Source of the DNA: Scyliorhinus canicula
Taxonomy: Eukaryota
DNA length: 64,000 nt
Assembly (NCBI RefSeq): GCF_902713615.1
Contig: NC_052149.1
Coordinates: 126,483,256 to 126,547,255 of the forward strand
Direction: 5' to 3'
The notes under the pieces were generated by a model. That model had not been told where the DNA came from. It ran no database searches and worked only from the letters and a program-made list of their open reading frames with translations. Made by a program: the position numbers and the translations under genes. Shown piece after piece: positions 61,901 to 64,000 of the stretch (positions are counted from its first letter, which is position 1; every line of letters begins with the position of its first letter).

Positions 61901-64000
61901 TCCAGTCTGTGTACACAGGTACATCACACTTCACAATCCAGTCTGTGTACACAGGTACATCACACTTCACAATCCAGTCTGTGTACACAGGTACATCACA
62001 CTTCACAATCCAGTCTGTGTACACAGGTACATCACACTTCACAATCCAGTCTGTGTACACAGGTACATCACACTTCACAATCCAGTCTGTGTACACAGGT
62101 ACATCACACTTCACAATCCAGTCTGTGTACACAGGTACATCACACTTCACAATCCAGTCTGTGTACACAGGTACATCACACTTCACAATCCAGTCTGTGT
62201 ACACAGGTACATCACACTTCACAATCCAGTCTGTGTACACAGGTACATCACACTTCACAATCCAGTCTGTGTACACAGGTACATCACACTTCACAATCCA
62301 GTCCTGTGTACACAGGTACATCACACTTCACAATCCAGTCTGTGTACACAGGTACATCACACTTCACAATCCAGTCTGTGTACACAGGTACATCACACTT
62401 CACAATCCAGTCTGTGTACACAGGTACATCACACTTCACAATCCAGTCTGTGTACACAGGTACATCACACTTCACAATCCAGTCTGTGTACACAGGTACA
62501 TCACACTTCACAATCCAGTCTGTGTACACAGGTACATCACACTTCACAATCCAGTCTGTGTACACAGGTACATCACACTTCACAATCCAGTCTGTGTACA
62601 CAGGTACATCACACTTCACAATCCAGTCTGTGTACACAGGTACATCACACTTCACAATCCAGTCTGTGTACACAGGTACATCACACTTCACAATCCAGTC
62701 TGTGTACACAGGTACATCACACTTCACAATCCAGTCTGTGTACACAGGTACATCACACTTCACAATCCAGTCTGTGTACACAGGTACATCACACTTCACA
62801 ATCCAGTCTGTGTACACAGGTACATCACACTTCACAATCCAGTCTGTGTACACAGGTACATCACACTTCACAATCCAGTCTGTGTACACAGGTACATCAC
62901 ACTTCACAATCCAGTCTGTGTACACAGGTACATCACACTTCACAATCCAGTCTGTGTACACAGGTACATCACACTTCACAATCCAGTCTGTGTGCACAGG
63001 TACATCACACTTCACAATCCAGTCTGTGTACACAGGTACATCACACTTCACAATCCAGTCTGTGTACACAGGTACATCACACTTCACAATCCAGTCTGTG
63101 TACACAGGTACATCACACTTCACAATCCAGTCTGTGTACACAGGTACATCACACTTCACAATCCAGTCTGTGTACACAGGTACATCACACTTCACAATCC
63201 AGTCTGTGTACACAGGTACATCACACTTCACAATCCAGTCTGTGTACACAGGTACATCACACTTCACAATCCAGTCTGTGTACACAGGTAGCATCACACT
63301 TCACAATCCAGTCTGTGTACACAGGTACATCACACTTCACAATCCAGTCTGTGTACACAGGTACATCACACTTCACAATCAGTCTGTGTACACAGGTACA
63401 TCACACTTCACAATCCAGTCTGTGTACACAGGTACATCACACTTCACAATCCAGTCTGTGTACACAGGTACATCACACTTCACAATCCAGTCTGTGTACA
63501 CAGGTACATCACACTTCACAATCCAGTCTGTGTACACAGGTACATCACACTTCACAATCCAGTCTGTGTACACAGGTACATCACACTTCACAATCCAGTC
63601 TGTGTACACAGGTACATCACACTTCACAATCCAGTCTGTGTACACAGGTACATCACACTTCACAATCCAGTCTGTGTACACAGGTACATCACACTTCACA
63701 ATCCAGTCTGTGTACACAGGTACATCACACTTCACAATCCAGTCTGTGTACACAGGTACATCACACTTCACAATCCAGTCTGTGTACACAGGTACATCAC
63801 ACTTCACAATCCAGTCTGTGTACACAGGTACATCACACTTCACAATCCAGTCTGTGTACACAGGTACATCACACTTCACAATCCAGTCTGTGTACACAGG
63901 TACATCACACTTCACAATCCAGTCTGTGTACACAGGTACATCACACTTCACAATCCAGTCTGTGTACACAGGTACATCACACTTCACAATCCAGTCTGTG
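55910..64000. repeat. Satellite, 36-bp unit CACAATCCAGTCTGTGTACACAGGTACATCACACTT, ~225 copies, continues past the window end
   Basis: Period 36 (58441 to 58477); source of the HRYITLHNPVCV, TGTSHFTIQSVY and YTDWIVKCDVPV pseudo-ORFs. Confidence 0.98.

Noticed and set aside
57196-63291. 2031-aa ORF and the other long ORFs in 55.9-64 kb
   Set aside because: These are translations of the 36-bp satellite; they are open in several frames on both strands and have no gene structure.
55910-64000. Cryptic RSS array (CACAGAC/CACAGGT in each unit)
   Set aside because: Heptamers are poor and there is no nonamer at the correct spacing.

Overview
This is repeat-dominated vertebrate DNA from a cartilaginous fish; the SINE, CR1 and Penelope-type repeats suggest a catshark (inference). 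It has two assembly gaps (16680-16846, 24725-25224). The only host gene is one intact, unrearranged immunoglobulin kappa (shark type III/NS4) light-chain cluster on the minus strand: leader 43697-43745, V 43213-43510 with a perfect 12-RSS, one J 42770-42804 with a 23-RSS, and C 38083-38411. The remainder is decayed transposons (Mag-like Ty3/Gypsy elements and solo LTRs, two L1/Tx1-type LINEs, many CR1-group fragments and tRNA-SINEs, a PIF/Harbinger element and its MITEs) and five tandem arrays (91, 15, 48, 23 and 36 bp units). Main finding: in three diverged Gypsy families the PBS position carries no tRNA-type TGG. Instead it carries a 12-16 nt perfect reverse complement of the LTR segment ending in AATAAA/ATTAAA, covarying between families with a constant 49-51 nt loop. 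This suggests a tRNA-independent self-priming and/or polyA-occlusion fold-back. Other findings: a 4.6 kb array of perfect nuclear-receptor DR3 elements 1 kb upstream of the V promoter; candidate B-cell regulatory motifs; a flush V-J join that would create a TAG stop; and tandem arrays born from transposon coding sequence. No alignments or database searches were run; family assignments come from recognised motifs.
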